From IMG/VR virus record IMGVR_UViG_3300038674_000239, positions 1 through 36,658 of that record: a DNA stretch of 36,658 nt, one strand, 5' to 3'. The position numbers and the translations under genes were made by a program. The notes below the pieces were generated by a model that had not been told where the DNA came from, did not search any database, and saw only the letters and a list, made by a program, of their open reading frames with translations. This DNA comes from a virus (lineage: Duplodnaviria > Caudoviricetes). Positions 17,001-25,029 of the stretch are shown here, one piece after another. Within the stretch, counting starts at the first letter, position 1; each line of letters starts with the position of its first letter.

Positions 17001-17441
17001 GTTCATCGCCGGGATGAGCACGTCGAGGCTCTGCTTCTGTTTCAGGAACGTGGCCATCTGCTGGGCGCCGCTCGCCGCGATGTCGTCCTCCACAACACCC
17101 AGTTCCTGCTGGGCGGAGCACAAGTCCCTGATGCTCTGTATCTCCTCCTCTGTACTCCCCATGCGCTGGCGCATGATGGTGGCCAGCTGTGTCTGGGCCA
17201 CGACAGAGGTCTGGTAGTCGGCGGTCATTTCCGTCAGTGCCGCCTGTAACTCGCTGATGGAGTTCTGGAGGATATCGACAGCCTGCGCAGCCTCTGCCCA
17301 TGTAAGCACGTCACGCTTGGCCTTTTCGGCCTCGTCTTGCACCTCACGGATCACGCGCCCCATCTCCTCGGCATCTGCCGTCACCTTCTTGGCGCCGCCA
17401 TCGCTGTGGATTTTTATTAAAAAACTGACTTCTTTCGCCAT
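14022..17441 (-). CDS. Tail tape measure protein
   Basis: 1139 aa, helical and Ala-rich, follows the tail chaperones; C-terminal KFADGGIAYGPTLGIFGEY...NPEVVAPL motif. Confidence 0.9.
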   Translation of the reverse strand: MAKEVSFLIKIHSDGGAKKVTADAEEMGRVIREVQDEAEKAKRDVLTWAEAAQAVDILQNSISELQAALTEMTADYQTSVVAQTQLATIMRQRMGSTEEEIQSIRDLCSAQQELGVVEDDIAASGAQQMATFLKQKQSLDVLIPAMNNLIAQQDGLNATVQGAVSIGNMMGKAMQGQTEVLQRVGITFDETQKQVLQYGTETERAAMLAEVITANVGNMNEELGKTDAGKQKQLENTLGDIKEQLGSMVQGAMPFVTIAAQTMICVAGCVKLITSLKALSAAFSLTSIKGLALATHERVVASAQNLLAASGYTGAAGTAALTVAVTALYAALTMGISLVITGLIALFSSMGDEAEDTAQEVDMLKESTDAFSSASANAKAEIDMEVSSLASLINGHKSTAKKVDELNRKYGESFGYHRTAAEWYDTLIAMSKVYCAQMGYEAQAKVLASQIAAKQLEKESKQSERFQLGQQYWDGNGKTHYNWENAAGGKDYYDQLGGEVNRLTNDITVLQRQYDSCISHMIEAQKKLDKSRNSVRVTGSNIRELTTDEVKQELEQKQKDLDRLKGNDTAERQRLNREIGRLQKELNRRDGVNKQEQGIGQGTKKTPKASTGKKDVPEKPIDNPRTLEDIGKNISYYENQLKKTDKADKDKIASLTALIGKYKDLQKAIQEEVDAASRPTSLDTLEDIDAELLYQQQLRKQASKENLGNIDAEIKRLNDLKTAFEDSSHVALKTDEIKTYEQLDSETAFYEKQLKKATATERVEIQKQILALQKLRGEWNETLASISKPGSIGSLNSIEALEKAISYYGDLQRKANGDEVENIQRTINALQAKRAALARMTELPSMQQEAAELGAMGGRKLRMELELVGMEGIREKIRSLQKMLDDTENPLGDNQREEVQGLIGTWTRYEKVLRKSEASLVDAWGGMKGIGSGVESLTDALEGNGNAWQTVTGVVDGFIQIYDGVNAIIAIINALTGATQSNTAATMAQATAKTAEATTDTAVTGVEVANSAARAAASGIETTADVAGAAAKTMKAHASIPWVGIAIGAGMVATLVGIMTSLPKFADGGIAYGPTLGIFGEYAGASHNPEVVAPLNKLKSLIGGNGTSGGIFELRVRGRELAAVLANETRINRRNSNIR

Positions 17442-17459
17442 GGTTTCGTTTTTTATCGT

Positions 17460-17467
17460 TATATTTG
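17460..17467 (+). promoter_or_regulatory. Bacteroidota -7 element TATATTTG driving a small antisense-oriented gene
   Basis: Exact TAnnTTTG 24 nt before ATG 17492, followed by an A-rich leader. Confidence 0.6.
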
Positions 17468-17491
17468 CAGCAGATTCAAAAAAGAAGAGTT

Positions 17492-17629
17492 ATGGCAAGC
17501 ATAAACTTACAGCCCATTCACGACCTGATTGTGCAGCACCCCGTTGCCTCGGTGCTCACGGTGGCGGTGTGCCTTGCCGTCGTTGTCGCCGGACTGGTGT
17601 TCTGCCATGCCGTCATCAAGGCCAAATAA
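17492..17629 (+). CDS. 45-aa single-pass membrane peptide (moron-like; not in the ORF track)
   Basis: MASINLQPIHDLIVQHPVASVLTVAVCLAVVVAGLVFCHAVIKAK*; fills the gap between tape measure and chaperone and has its own promoter. Confidence 0.65.
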   Translation: MASINLQPIHDLIVQHPVASVLTVAVCLAVVVAGLVFCHAVIKAK

Positions 17630-17677
17630 AGTGCAAGCAAGCGCAGTCTTTATTCAAAGAAGTTAAGGTGACAGCCC

Positions 17678-18035
17678 TCATTTCAGCCCCCGCCTCTTTT
17701 TCGCCTCGTTGAACCTTCGCAGTACCTCCTCACGGTCAGGAGCGCTTTCACGCGTCTTTTCTTTAGCGTCGTCCCATGGGAATTCCATGATGTCTCTTGC
17801 CGACAGCCGCTCTTTCGACCAAGGCTGCAACGTGCACAGGCATTGCATGCGCACCTGTTCCCACGCCTCACGCTCATGGCCCTGGCGCATCTCGTTCCAT
17901 GCGTCCCATGCCGCCCTGAACTCCGAAGGGGTGCATCGGCAGAAGTCGTCCATACCCATGCCCATGCACCCCAGCGCTATTCCGAGCAGACGGTCTATGT
18001 CGCCGTCGCCTACACTTTCTTCATGCTTTTTTTTT
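17678..18035 (-). CDS. Tail assembly chaperone C-terminal part (gpT-like), reached by -1 frameshift
   Basis: The -1 frame is open from the A9 run (18027-18035) through KHEESVGDGDIDRLLGIALGC into ORF 17678..17965. Confidence 0.75.
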
Positions 18036-18324
18036 CAGCCGTGGCACTGAGCCGCTCGTTCCAGCCGTTCAACACCTCCGGGGTGATGCTGTTGCAGAAG
18101 GTCTCGAAGTCAAGGGGGAACTCGTCGCCTTCTGCCTGGGTGGTGCATTTCACGCAGCACCACATCAGCATCAGCAGGTCTTCGAGGTCGTCCGGCTTCA
18201 TCTGGCTCACGTCCTTTCCTGTCTCACGCTTGAAGCGCAGGAAGGCACCCATCACGAAGTCACAGGGATATTCCTTTCCGGCTATAATAATCTTGTAGCG
18301 TTTCTTATTCTCCATGATTGCCAT
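18010..18324 (-). CDS. Tail assembly chaperone (gpG-like)
   Basis: 104 aa between tail tube and tape measure, with slippery GAA AAA AAA AGC near its 3' end. Confidence 0.8.
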   Translation of the reverse strand: MAIMENKKRYKIIIAGKEYPCDFVMGAFLRFKRETGKDVSQMKPDDLEDLLMLMWCCVKCTTQAEGDEFPLDFETFCNSITPEVLNGWNERLSATAEKKSMKKV

Positions 18325-18330
18325 TTTTGA

Positions 18331-18762
18331 TTATCCGCCGACAGTTCCCGAATCGGGCGCACCGCTGATCTTGCCGGTGTTCTCCAGCTGGATGGAATAC
18401 TTAGCATCGTCGCCGGCCTGGGCGTCGAGCTCGAGCGAGGTGATGATATACTGCCCGCTGCCGCTGGGTCCCACACTGTCTCTGCCGCCGTAGCTTGCAT
18501 CCACAGGCTTGCCCGCTAACTGCATCGCTTTCAGCTCAGCGTATGTGTTGTAACCGTCTGCAACGACGAAGCCGTCGGCCGAGATGCTTTCCGAGAAGCT
18601 CTTCACGTACTTCTCCTTGAACTTCCCAGAACTGGCTTCCTTGGTCACGCGCTCACCGGTCTCGGTGGTCGTTGAAATCTTGCAGCCTGTTGAATAGCCA
18701 AGGGCACTGCCTCCTACGGAGAGTATCAGGTCGGTGCCGTCTACCACTTTATGTTCTGCCAT
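18331..18762 (-). CDS. Major tail tube protein
   Basis: 143 aa beta-rich Ser/Thr/Gly protein ending YIITSLELDAQAGDDAKYSIQLENTG; position before the chaperones. Confidence 0.8.
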   Translation of the reverse strand: MAEHKVVDGTDLILSVGGSALGYSTGCKISTTTETGERVTKEASSGKFKEKYVKSFSESISADGFVVADGYNTYAELKAMQLAGKPVDASYGGRDSVGPSGSGQYIITSLELDAQAGDDAKYSIQLENTGKISGAPDSGTVGG

Positions 18763-19292
18763 AGTTTCTTGATTTTGTTGAATTTTGTTATTACTATGCC
18801 GGTCGCCACTCCGACGATAAAGGCGATAAAGACGGTTCTAAGACCGTTAGAGGAGCGTTCCTTTGTCGTTTCCCTGAACGCGCTGTTCTCCTTCTTCGCT
18901 TCTTTAAGCTGACGTTTCAGCGCGATGATGGTCTTTGAGTAGCTCGCCGCCACCAGTTCCAGAGAGTCGCAGCCTGCTTCAATCACCAGCCGCTCGGGCT
19001 CCGTCGCCGTGGGTGGCGTGCGCCTCACCTTCACGCTCGCCTGCCCCTGCCTCGCCGTGTAGGCTGCCCCCGGGGGCAGCTGTCGGAGACTGTCTGCAGG
19101 CAGCGTCAGGCTCACGGCCGACATCGGCACCTTCACGGGTGTTTGCCAGGTTTCTACGACGCTCACCGTGCTGTCCACGGCGAGGCGGCTCACCTCGCGG
19201 CTCGTGGACGTCTCCCGGCTCGCGCTTTTTCTGCTCGAGGCGCATGCGGCCAAGCACAGGACAGTCATCGCTGTAACGACAGCCGTTAGCAT
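18741..19292 (-). CDS. Lipoprotein with C-terminal TM helix, candidate unimolecular spanin
   Basis: Likely start is ATG 19292 (MLTAVVTAMTVLCLAAC, lipobox LAAC); C-terminal TM VFIAFIVGVATGIVI; lies in the lysis cassette. Confidence 0.6.
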   Translation of the reverse strand: MLTAVVTAMTVLCLAACASSRKSASRETSTSREVSRLAVDSTVSVVETWQTPVKVPMSAVSLTLPADSLRQLPPGAAYTARQGQASVKVRRTPPTATEPERLVIEAGCDSLELVAASYSKTIIALKRQLKEAKKENSAFRETTKERSSNGLRTVFIAFIVGVATGIVITKFNKIKKLWQNIKW

Positions 19293-19569
19293 CGTCGATA
19301 GCCTTCCTGAGCCGCGCCATCTCGCGCTTGGTGGCGTTGAGGTCCTTTCGTGTCTCATTGAGTTCTTCCTTTAATGGGTTTACGATGTTCTCTATCAGTA
19401 TCCGGGTGGCTTTCTCAGTGTTGTCAATCCGGACAGTCTCGGCTTCGGCTGTCGCTTTCTCTGCTTCGGCTTTCGCTTTCCTCACGGTCGATTTCAATGT
19501 GATGATGGCCGCTATCGTAGCCACCAGGCCGCCACCCAGCACCAGATTGATCATTTCACTGAGTTCCAT
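18979..19569 (-). CDS. N-terminal TM plus coiled-coil lysis protein (holin-like or i-spanin-like)
   Basis: TM segment LVLGGGLVATIAAIITL followed by a long coiled coil; directly after the amidase. Confidence 0.55.
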   Translation of the reverse strand: MELSEMINLVLGGGLVATIAAIITLKSTVRKAKAEAEKATAEAETVRIDNTEKATRILIENIVNPLKEELNETRKDLNATKREMARLRKAIDDANGCRYSDDCPVLGRMRLEQKKREPGDVHEPRGEPPRRGQHGERRRNLANTREGADVGREPDAACRQSPTAAPGGSLHGEAGAGEREGEAHATHGDGARAAGD

Positions 19570-19588
19570 ACCTTTATATATTATGGCA

Positions 19589-20059
19589 TTACTGCCTGAT
19601 TCCTACCTCGCGCAGCCACTTCTGCACATCGAAGGAAGGACATGCCTTGCCCGGGTTCAGCTCATGGTGTCCCACGATGCGTATCTGGGGGAAACGTTCG
19701 TGGAAGTCACGCACATACTTTTTCAGCGCCTCGCGCTGGGCAGCCGTGCGCGTATCCTTGGGCTTCATGGCTTTGTCGCAGCCGCCCACATACACGATGT
19801 GCCGGCTCACGCTGTTGTAGCCCGCGGCGCCGTTGGTCACCTCCCAGGGGTCCACCTGAGCGTCCTCATTGTTCTTCACCAGCCGCTCCACGCTGCCGTC
19901 GAGGTGCACCATATCCGTGTAGCCCACCTGCTTCCAGCCACGCCCACCCTTGCTTACCGGGTCAGTGTGCCAGTGGCGTATCTCCTTGGAGCTTACCTCA
20001 CGGCCTTCAGGCGTGGCGGTGCAGTGGATTACAAGATACTTCATCGGCTTGCTCATCAC
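19589..20059 (-). CDS. Endolysin, N-acetylmuramoyl-L-alanine amidase (T7 lysozyme / Amidase_2 type)
   Basis: Zn-ligand motifs VIHCTAT, IVGHHE and KACPSFDV. Confidence 0.92.
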   Translation of the reverse strand: MMSKPMKYLVIHCTATPEGREVSSKEIRHWHTDPVSKGGRGWKQVGYTDMVHLDGSVERLVKNNEDAQVDPWEVTNGAAGYNSVSRHIVYVGGCDKAMKPKDTRTAAQREALKKYVRDFHERFPQIRIVGHHELNPGKACPSFDVQKWLREVGIRQ

Positions 20060-21114
20060 GCAGTCTCCTTGTAGCCACTCGCCATGACCACGCCGGCATC
20101 AGCCTTCTTAGGCATGCAGATGAAGTAGTGGCGGAAGTTGATCTTGTTGCGCTGATACTCAGGGTCAGTGGCAGCCTCGCTGTAATACATCTTGGTCGAA
20201 CCGGTTGCCTTGAACACGCGTGGAGTGTAGAATGCGAACGAGCATTGGAACTCGCCGGCCTCTGCCGTCGCACCCACATCTTTCTTCACTCCGGCCGTCG
20301 TGTAGAGCGGGGTATTCGCATACTCGTAGATGTCGAAGCCATACAACTTACCAACCTTGCCGGTGTTGCGGTCTATGTTATACTGCTCTCGGAAGTTCTG
20401 GCTGACAAGCAGCAGATCATTCACATGGTCAGGACACAGTACGAGGCGACGATTATCCGAAGGCACCTTCAGTTTGTCCAGCGCTCGCTTCATCCCAACG
20501 AGGTCATTGGGGGTCAGGCGCAGGCGGCCGGTCTCCGCGTCACGCTCACCGGTAGTGGTCAGCACGGGGGTCTTGGCCGTATTCTTCTGGGCACACAACG
20601 CATGGGCAGCCTTGGTGAACTTCGCATCGTTCAGGGCATTGCCGTGGCTTTCCTTCACGCGGGCCATCTTGTCGTAGCTGATGGCATAGAGCTCATCGTC
20701 GGTGATGGGTGTCACCTTCGTCTGGAACTTGTCCAGCTTGATGGCGATATCCTTGTCTTCCAATGCCTGTAGAGGAATCGGATAGGTAGTGTTGTTCACC
20801 AGCACGTCAGGGTCAACACCCACCTCAACAAGGTGGATCACGTCATTGTTGGCAATGGAACTCTGGTCAGGCACACCGTCCAGCCATGAGCCTTCGAGAC
20901 CACTGCGCAGCACCTTAACCAACTCGCCTGTCCATATCTCGGCATAGACTCCTTCACGGAGACAACCGGCTGGAGCAGCCTGCCCGATGACGGCAGCAAG
21001 CACATTCATGCCGATGGCGCCTGTCATGGGCGACAGACCGGCAGCGGCGGCAAGGGTGCCGCCCATGAGGCAGTTAAAGAGCACTGCCATAAACATTGCA
21101 ATCAATTTTGTCAT
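20056..21114 (-). CDS. Major capsid protein
   Basis: Likely start is ATG 21114 (MTKLIAM), about 352 aa, directly downstream of protease/scaffold; LDKLKVPSDNRRLVL and GKVGKLYGFDIYE are HK97-fold-like segments. Confidence 0.75.
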   Translation of the reverse strand: MTKLIAMFMAVLFNCLMGGTLAAAAGLSPMTGAIGMNVLAAVIGQAAPAGCLREGVYAEIWTGELVKVLRSGLEGSWLDGVPDQSSIANNDVIHLVEVGVDPDVLVNNTTYPIPLQALEDKDIAIKLDKFQTKVTPITDDELYAISYDKMARVKESHGNALNDAKFTKAAHALCAQKNTAKTPVLTTTGERDAETGRLRLTPNDLVGMKRALDKLKVPSDNRRLVLCPDHVNDLLLVSQNFREQYNIDRNTGKVGKLYGFDIYEYANTPLYTTAGVKKDVGATAEAGEFQCSFAFYTPRVFKATGSTKMYYSEAATDPEYQRNKINFRHYFICMPKKADAGVVMASGYKETA

Positions 21115-21139
21115 TGCTTTCAGATTTTTATTGTTATAC

Positions 21140-22081
21140 TTAGATTTCACACTCAATGCCGTACTCGGCCTTGTACAGGCGCTTGTACTCCTCGTGGCTT
21201 TCAGAACGTAGGGTTGCAATCTGGTCAGCCGGCACCTCGCTCAACTTCGTGTACTTCTGCTCGCCGGCAGGAGCGCCACCCTGATGTCCTAATACAGATG
21301 ACAGCTTCACCGCAGGGTGCATCGCCTTCAGGGTCTTCTCCAGCTCCGCCTGGCCGATCTTCTTGCCGAGTTCCACGAACTGGTCCTTGTCCTTCTCCTC
21401 AAGTCGCTTTTCCGCGATAGCCTGCGTGACGAGACTGGTGATGTTCACCAACGTCAGGCTCTCCTTCTCTTTCAGCAGAGATTCGTTCTGTTCCTTCAGC
21501 GCAGACAGCTCCGCGAGCTTTGCTGAGATCTCCGCGTCCGTTGCCGTTTCCGGCAGCCCCAGTTGCAGGGCAATGGTCTTGTTTTCCATTTCTTCTGTTT
21601 TTTGATGTTTGTTATTATTGTTCAAAAGTGGCAGGTCGCAGTCACCGTCCCTGCCGAGGGTTATCGTTTTTCCGTCTTTATGCAGCACAAGTGCATCATC
21701 GTTGGCGCCTACATCGGCAACGCTGACCTCGAAGAGCTTGCTCTTGGTAATGGTCGGGCGTGTCTGCCCGGCTACGAGCACTTCCTTGTCCTCGCTCGTT
21801 TCAAGTATCTCCAGACCGGCACTCACCATCCTCAGGCTGCCGAACTCAAACTGTTTCTTGCACCGGCTGCTCAGTTCTGTGGCACCGTCGAACATCAGCT
21901 CACCAGTTACCTCTTCGTTCTCCACCTTCAGGTCTTTCACATAACCAATGACATTGCCACGCTGGTGCATGTAGAGCAACACGGGGTTGCGGCTGTACTG
22001 AGCCACGTCCATGCCGCCAGTCAACACCCGGAACCCGTAGCTGTTCAGCCTTTCATTCGATATTCTTACTCGCTTTCCCAT
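21140..22081 (-). CDS. Prohead maturation protease with C-terminal scaffold domain
   Basis: Likely start is ATG 22081 (MGKRVRISNE); NPVLLYMH, LRMVSAG and LFEVSVADVGAN motifs, then a helical scaffold-like tail. Confidence 0.85.
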   Translation of the reverse strand: MGKRVRISNERLNSYGFRVLTGGMDVAQYSRNPVLLYMHQRGNVIGYVKDLKVENEEVTGELMFDGATELSSRCKKQFEFGSLRMVSAGLEILETSEDKEVLVAGQTRPTITKSKLFEVSVADVGANDDALVLHKDGKTITLGRDGDCDLPLLNNNNKHQKTEEMENKTIALQLGLPETATDAEISAKLAELSALKEQNESLLKEKESLTLVNITSLVTQAIAEKRLEEKDKDQFVELGKKIGQAELEKTLKAMHPAVKLSSVLGHQGGAPAGEQKYTKLSEVPADQIATLRSESHEEYKRLYKAEYGIECEI

Positions 22082-22285
22082 TTGCGTTTTTACATTCAAT
22101 TTCGCTGCAATATTACACGATAAATCGCTGACTGCCAAAAAAGTATGAAATCGCTGCACGCGTCTGTGAAGCGACTGCAGCGATTTTTTGAAACTTCAAT
22201 AAAATAAGGCAATTTTGCAGTGGGAACGAACCCCCCAAGCAGACGTTTCAAAACGTCTGCCATGTAAAACCATACAAACAGATTT
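22082..22285. promoter_or_regulatory. Divergent late control region between the head/tail operon and the packaging operon
   Basis: AT-rich gap between divergent genes; only degenerate -7 boxes (TAATATTG on minus, CAATTTTG on plus) and repeated AAATCGCTG-like words. Confidence 0.5.
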
Positions 22286-22750
22286 ATGACAAAAGCAGAA
22301 ACAGAAAAGAAAAAGTCGCTGGCACGCTCACTCTACCTCGCAGGAATGGAGCAGAATGAGATAGCGGAGAAAGTGGACGTATCCCGCGTAACCATCTCCA
22401 AGTGGTGCAATGCGGAGGGGTGGAAAGAGGCGAGGGCGGCAAAGAACGTGACACGACCGGAGCTTGTCAACAAGCTGTTGCTTACCATCGACAAACTCAT
22501 CACCGAGGTGAACGAGTCGGAAGACCCCTCGCTCATAGCGGGTCTCGGCGACAAGCTCGCCAAACTGTCCTCCGTCATCGAGAAGCTCGACAAGAAGGCC
22601 AATGTCGTGGATGCGATAGAGGTATTCATGGCGTTTTCAAAATGGCTGGAGTACCGTGCCACCATCGACCCGACCGTAACCCCTGAGCTCATCAAGACCA
22701 TCAACAAGTTTCAGGACATGTACCTCACCGAGCAGATGGGGATAAAGTAG
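22286..22750 (+). CDS. Putative terminase small subunit (N-terminal HTH, DUF1804-like)
   Basis: HTH QNEIAEKVDVSRVTISKW...W, immediately upstream of terL. Confidence 0.75.
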   Translation: MTKAETEKKKSLARSLYLAGMEQNEIAEKVDVSRVTISKWCNAEGWKEARAAKNVTRPELVNKLLLTIDKLITEVNESEDPSLIAGLGDKLAKLSSVIEKLDKKANVVDAIEVFMAFSKWLEYRATIDPTVTPELIKTINKFQDMYLTEQMGIK

Positions 22751-22757
22751 AAAGCGT

Positions 22758-24317
22758 ATGGCAACGGCAGCTGAAAAGAAACTGGCATACGAACAGTGGA
22801 AGGAACATTGCAAGCGCATACAGTCCATTACGGACACCACGGCACTTGCCAACGAGACACCTGCCCAGAAAGACAGGCGCAAGGAAAGACTGCTATCCAA
22901 CTATGCCGCTTTTTGCGAGTATTACTTCCCTCATTTCCTCACGCTGCGCGACAAGACAACAGGCGAGGTGGTCCGAACGGTACATAACGCGCCGTTCCAC
23001 AATCAGGCTGCACGCAAGGTCATGGAAACCCCGAATCTCAAGGCTGTCTTCATGTGGCCGCGCGGTCATGCCAAGTCCACGCACTTTGACATCTTTATGC
23101 CTTTATGGCTCATGCTCCGTCCCAAACGGCTCATCAACTTTATGGTAGTGGTGGGCAAGTCGCAGGACAGCGCGAACCGGCTGCTCGGAGACATTCAGGC
23201 GGAACTGGAGTACAACCAGCGCATCATTGCCGACTTCGGACAGCAGAAGAACCTCGGACTGTGGACATCAGGCGAGTTCAAGACTGCCTCCGGCGTGAAG
23301 TTCCTCGCCGTTGGCCGCGGCCAGTCGCCGCGTGGACTGCGTGAGCGTGAGGCACGCCCCGACTATATAGTTATCGATGACCTTGATGACGACGAGCTCT
23401 GCCGTAACGAGAAGCGTGTTCACGACCTCACGGACTGGGTAAAGGAGGCGCTCTTCGGTGCGCTCGATGTGGGACGTGGGCGTTTCCTCATGGTGGGTAA
23501 CCTTATATCAAAGACCTCAGTACTGGCCAATATCGCAGCCACGCGTGGCGTGTTCGTCTCAAAGGTGCAGGCCGTCGACAACACCGGTGAGCCGGTATGG
23601 AAAGAGAAGTGGACGAAGGAGGACGCAAAGGAGTACCGCGACTTCGTGGGCTACCGGGCGTGGGAGAAGGAGATGATGCACAACCCCATCGTGGACGGAA
23701 CCATCTTCCGGGCCGAATGGATCCGCTACAAGCCCATGCCGTCGCTCCGTAAGTATGACATGCTCGTATGCTATACCGACCCTTCCTTTAAGTCTACCAC
23801 GGCCAATGACTACAAGGCTTCCCGCCTGTGGGGCAAGATAGGGAATGAACTGCACCTCATCGACTGCTATGTACGGCAGGACACGGTCGGGGGCATGGTA
23901 CGGTGGCTCTATGACCTCTACGAGCGGACGAGGGACAAAGTGGCCATACTCTTCTTTATGGAAGCGAACTTCATGCAGGATGTCATTCTGGACGAGTTCG
24001 CTGTGGAAGGCAACCTGCGTGGATACCAGTTGCCCATCATGCCCGACAAGCGGAAGAAGCCAGAGAAGATACAACGCATCGAGGCTGTCAGCCCGCTGTG
24101 GGAACGTGGCTTCGTTTTCTATAATGAGAAGCTCAAGGACTCACCCGATATGCAGGTGGGCATAGAGCAGACACTGGCACTCGAACGTGGCAGCCGTGTT
24201 CACGACGATGCGCCGGACGCGGACGAGGGGGCTATATGGATTCTGCAGCGCAATGCAAGACAGGAAAGTTTCTGGCCGGTGTTCGGCAAAAGACCGGCCG
24301 CCAAAAATTCATGGTAA
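22758..24317 (+). CDS. terL: Terminase large subunit
   Basis: Walker A-like PRGHAKST, Walker B YIVIDDLDD, nuclease motifs YTDPS and HDDAPDA. Confidence 0.92.
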   Translation: MATAAEKKLAYEQWKEHCKRIQSITDTTALANETPAQKDRRKERLLSNYAAFCEYYFPHFLTLRDKTTGEVVRTVHNAPFHNQAARKVMETPNLKAVFMWPRGHAKSTHFDIFMPLWLMLRPKRLINFMVVVGKSQDSANRLLGDIQAELEYNQRIIADFGQQKNLGLWTSGEFKTASGVKFLAVGRGQSPRGLREREARPDYIVIDDLDDDELCRNEKRVHDLTDWVKEALFGALDVGRGRFLMVGNLISKTSVLANIAATRGVFVSKVQAVDNTGEPVWKEKWTKEDAKEYRDFVGYRAWEKEMMHNPIVDGTIFRAEWIRYKPMPSLRKYDMLVCYTDPSFKSTTANDYKASRLWGKIGNELHLIDCYVRQDTVGGMVRWLYDLYERTRDKVAILFFMEANFMQDVILDEFAVEGNLRGYQLPIMPDKRKKPEKIQRIEAVSPLWERGFVFYNEKLKDSPDMQVGIEQTLALERGSRVHDDAPDADEGAIWILQRNARQESFWPVFGKRPAAKNSW

Positions 24318-24335
24318 TACAAAATTTGTTTTAAT

Positions 24336-24605
24336 ATGATAAAACTGATAAAAGACATCATTTTCGCTTGGCGATACAAGCGGGCCGTCCGCAAAGCCAA
24401 CAAACTGTCGGCTTTGTTCGGAATGAAGTATTATGTGCTCAATATGGGTGGCAAGCTCAAGGTTGTGCCCAAACGGAACATCCGCCAGCTCATCCGTCAG
24501 CGCAGGTTCAAGAAAGGCATCAAGCTGGCCGACATCGAGCGCCGCGCACTCTACGTGACACCCCCTACCGCACCTACCGCACCTACAGAACCTAACAAGC
24601 ATTGA
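24336..24605 (+). CDS. Small basic hypothetical protein
   Basis: 89-aa Lys/Arg-rich ORF in operon order, with a 9-bp tandem repeat near its 3' end (24564-24595). Confidence 0.65.
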   Translation: MIKLIKDIIFAWRYKRAVRKANKLSALFGMKYYVLNMGGKLKVVPKRNIRQLIRQRRFKKGIKLADIERRALYVTPPTAPTAPTEPNKH

Positions 24606-24609
24606 CACA

Positions 24610-25029
24610 ATGTTTATCACAGACGAAGATTACAGGGTGGTCATCGGCGATGCAGCCCTGAAGACAGTATCGCAGACCTCGGCAGAGAACCGCGCCAATG
24701 CGGAGAGCGAGGCTCAGGAGGAAATCTCAAGCTACCTCCGCCCTGTTTACGACTGTAAGGCTGTGTTCGCGGCCGAGGGCGACCAGCGCAACAAGCTCAT
24801 AGTCATGTACACCTGCGACATAGCCCTCTATCACATGGTTTCGGCTATGCCCCAAAAGATGGGCAGCGAGATCCGGAAGGAACGCTATGAACGTGCGGTG
24901 AAATGGCTTGAGGGCGTGCAGGCGGGAAAGATAGTTCCCGACTTGCCCATTGCTGTCGATGCGACCGGGGAACCGTCAGGCATGGGAGTGGTATTTCATT
25001 CACAGAAACCTTTAAGACATAACTGGTAA
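24610..25029 (+). CDS. Mu gp36-like (DUF1320) head-tail adaptor
   Basis: EISSYL...Y, DIALYH and RYERAVKWLEGVQAGKI motifs; adjacent to the portal gene. Confidence 0.8.
   Translation: MFITDEDYRVVIGDAALKTVSQTSAENRANAESEAQEEISSYLRPVYDCKAVFAAEGDQRNKLIVMYTCDIALYHMVSAMPQKMGSEIRKERYERAVKWLEGVQAGKIVPDLPIAVDATGEPSGMGVVFHSQKPLRHNW

Noticed and set aside
24564-24595. 9-bp tandem repeat CCTACCGCA as a phase-variation element
   Set aside because: It is in-frame, short, degenerate and at the C-terminus of a small ORF, so no switch is expected.
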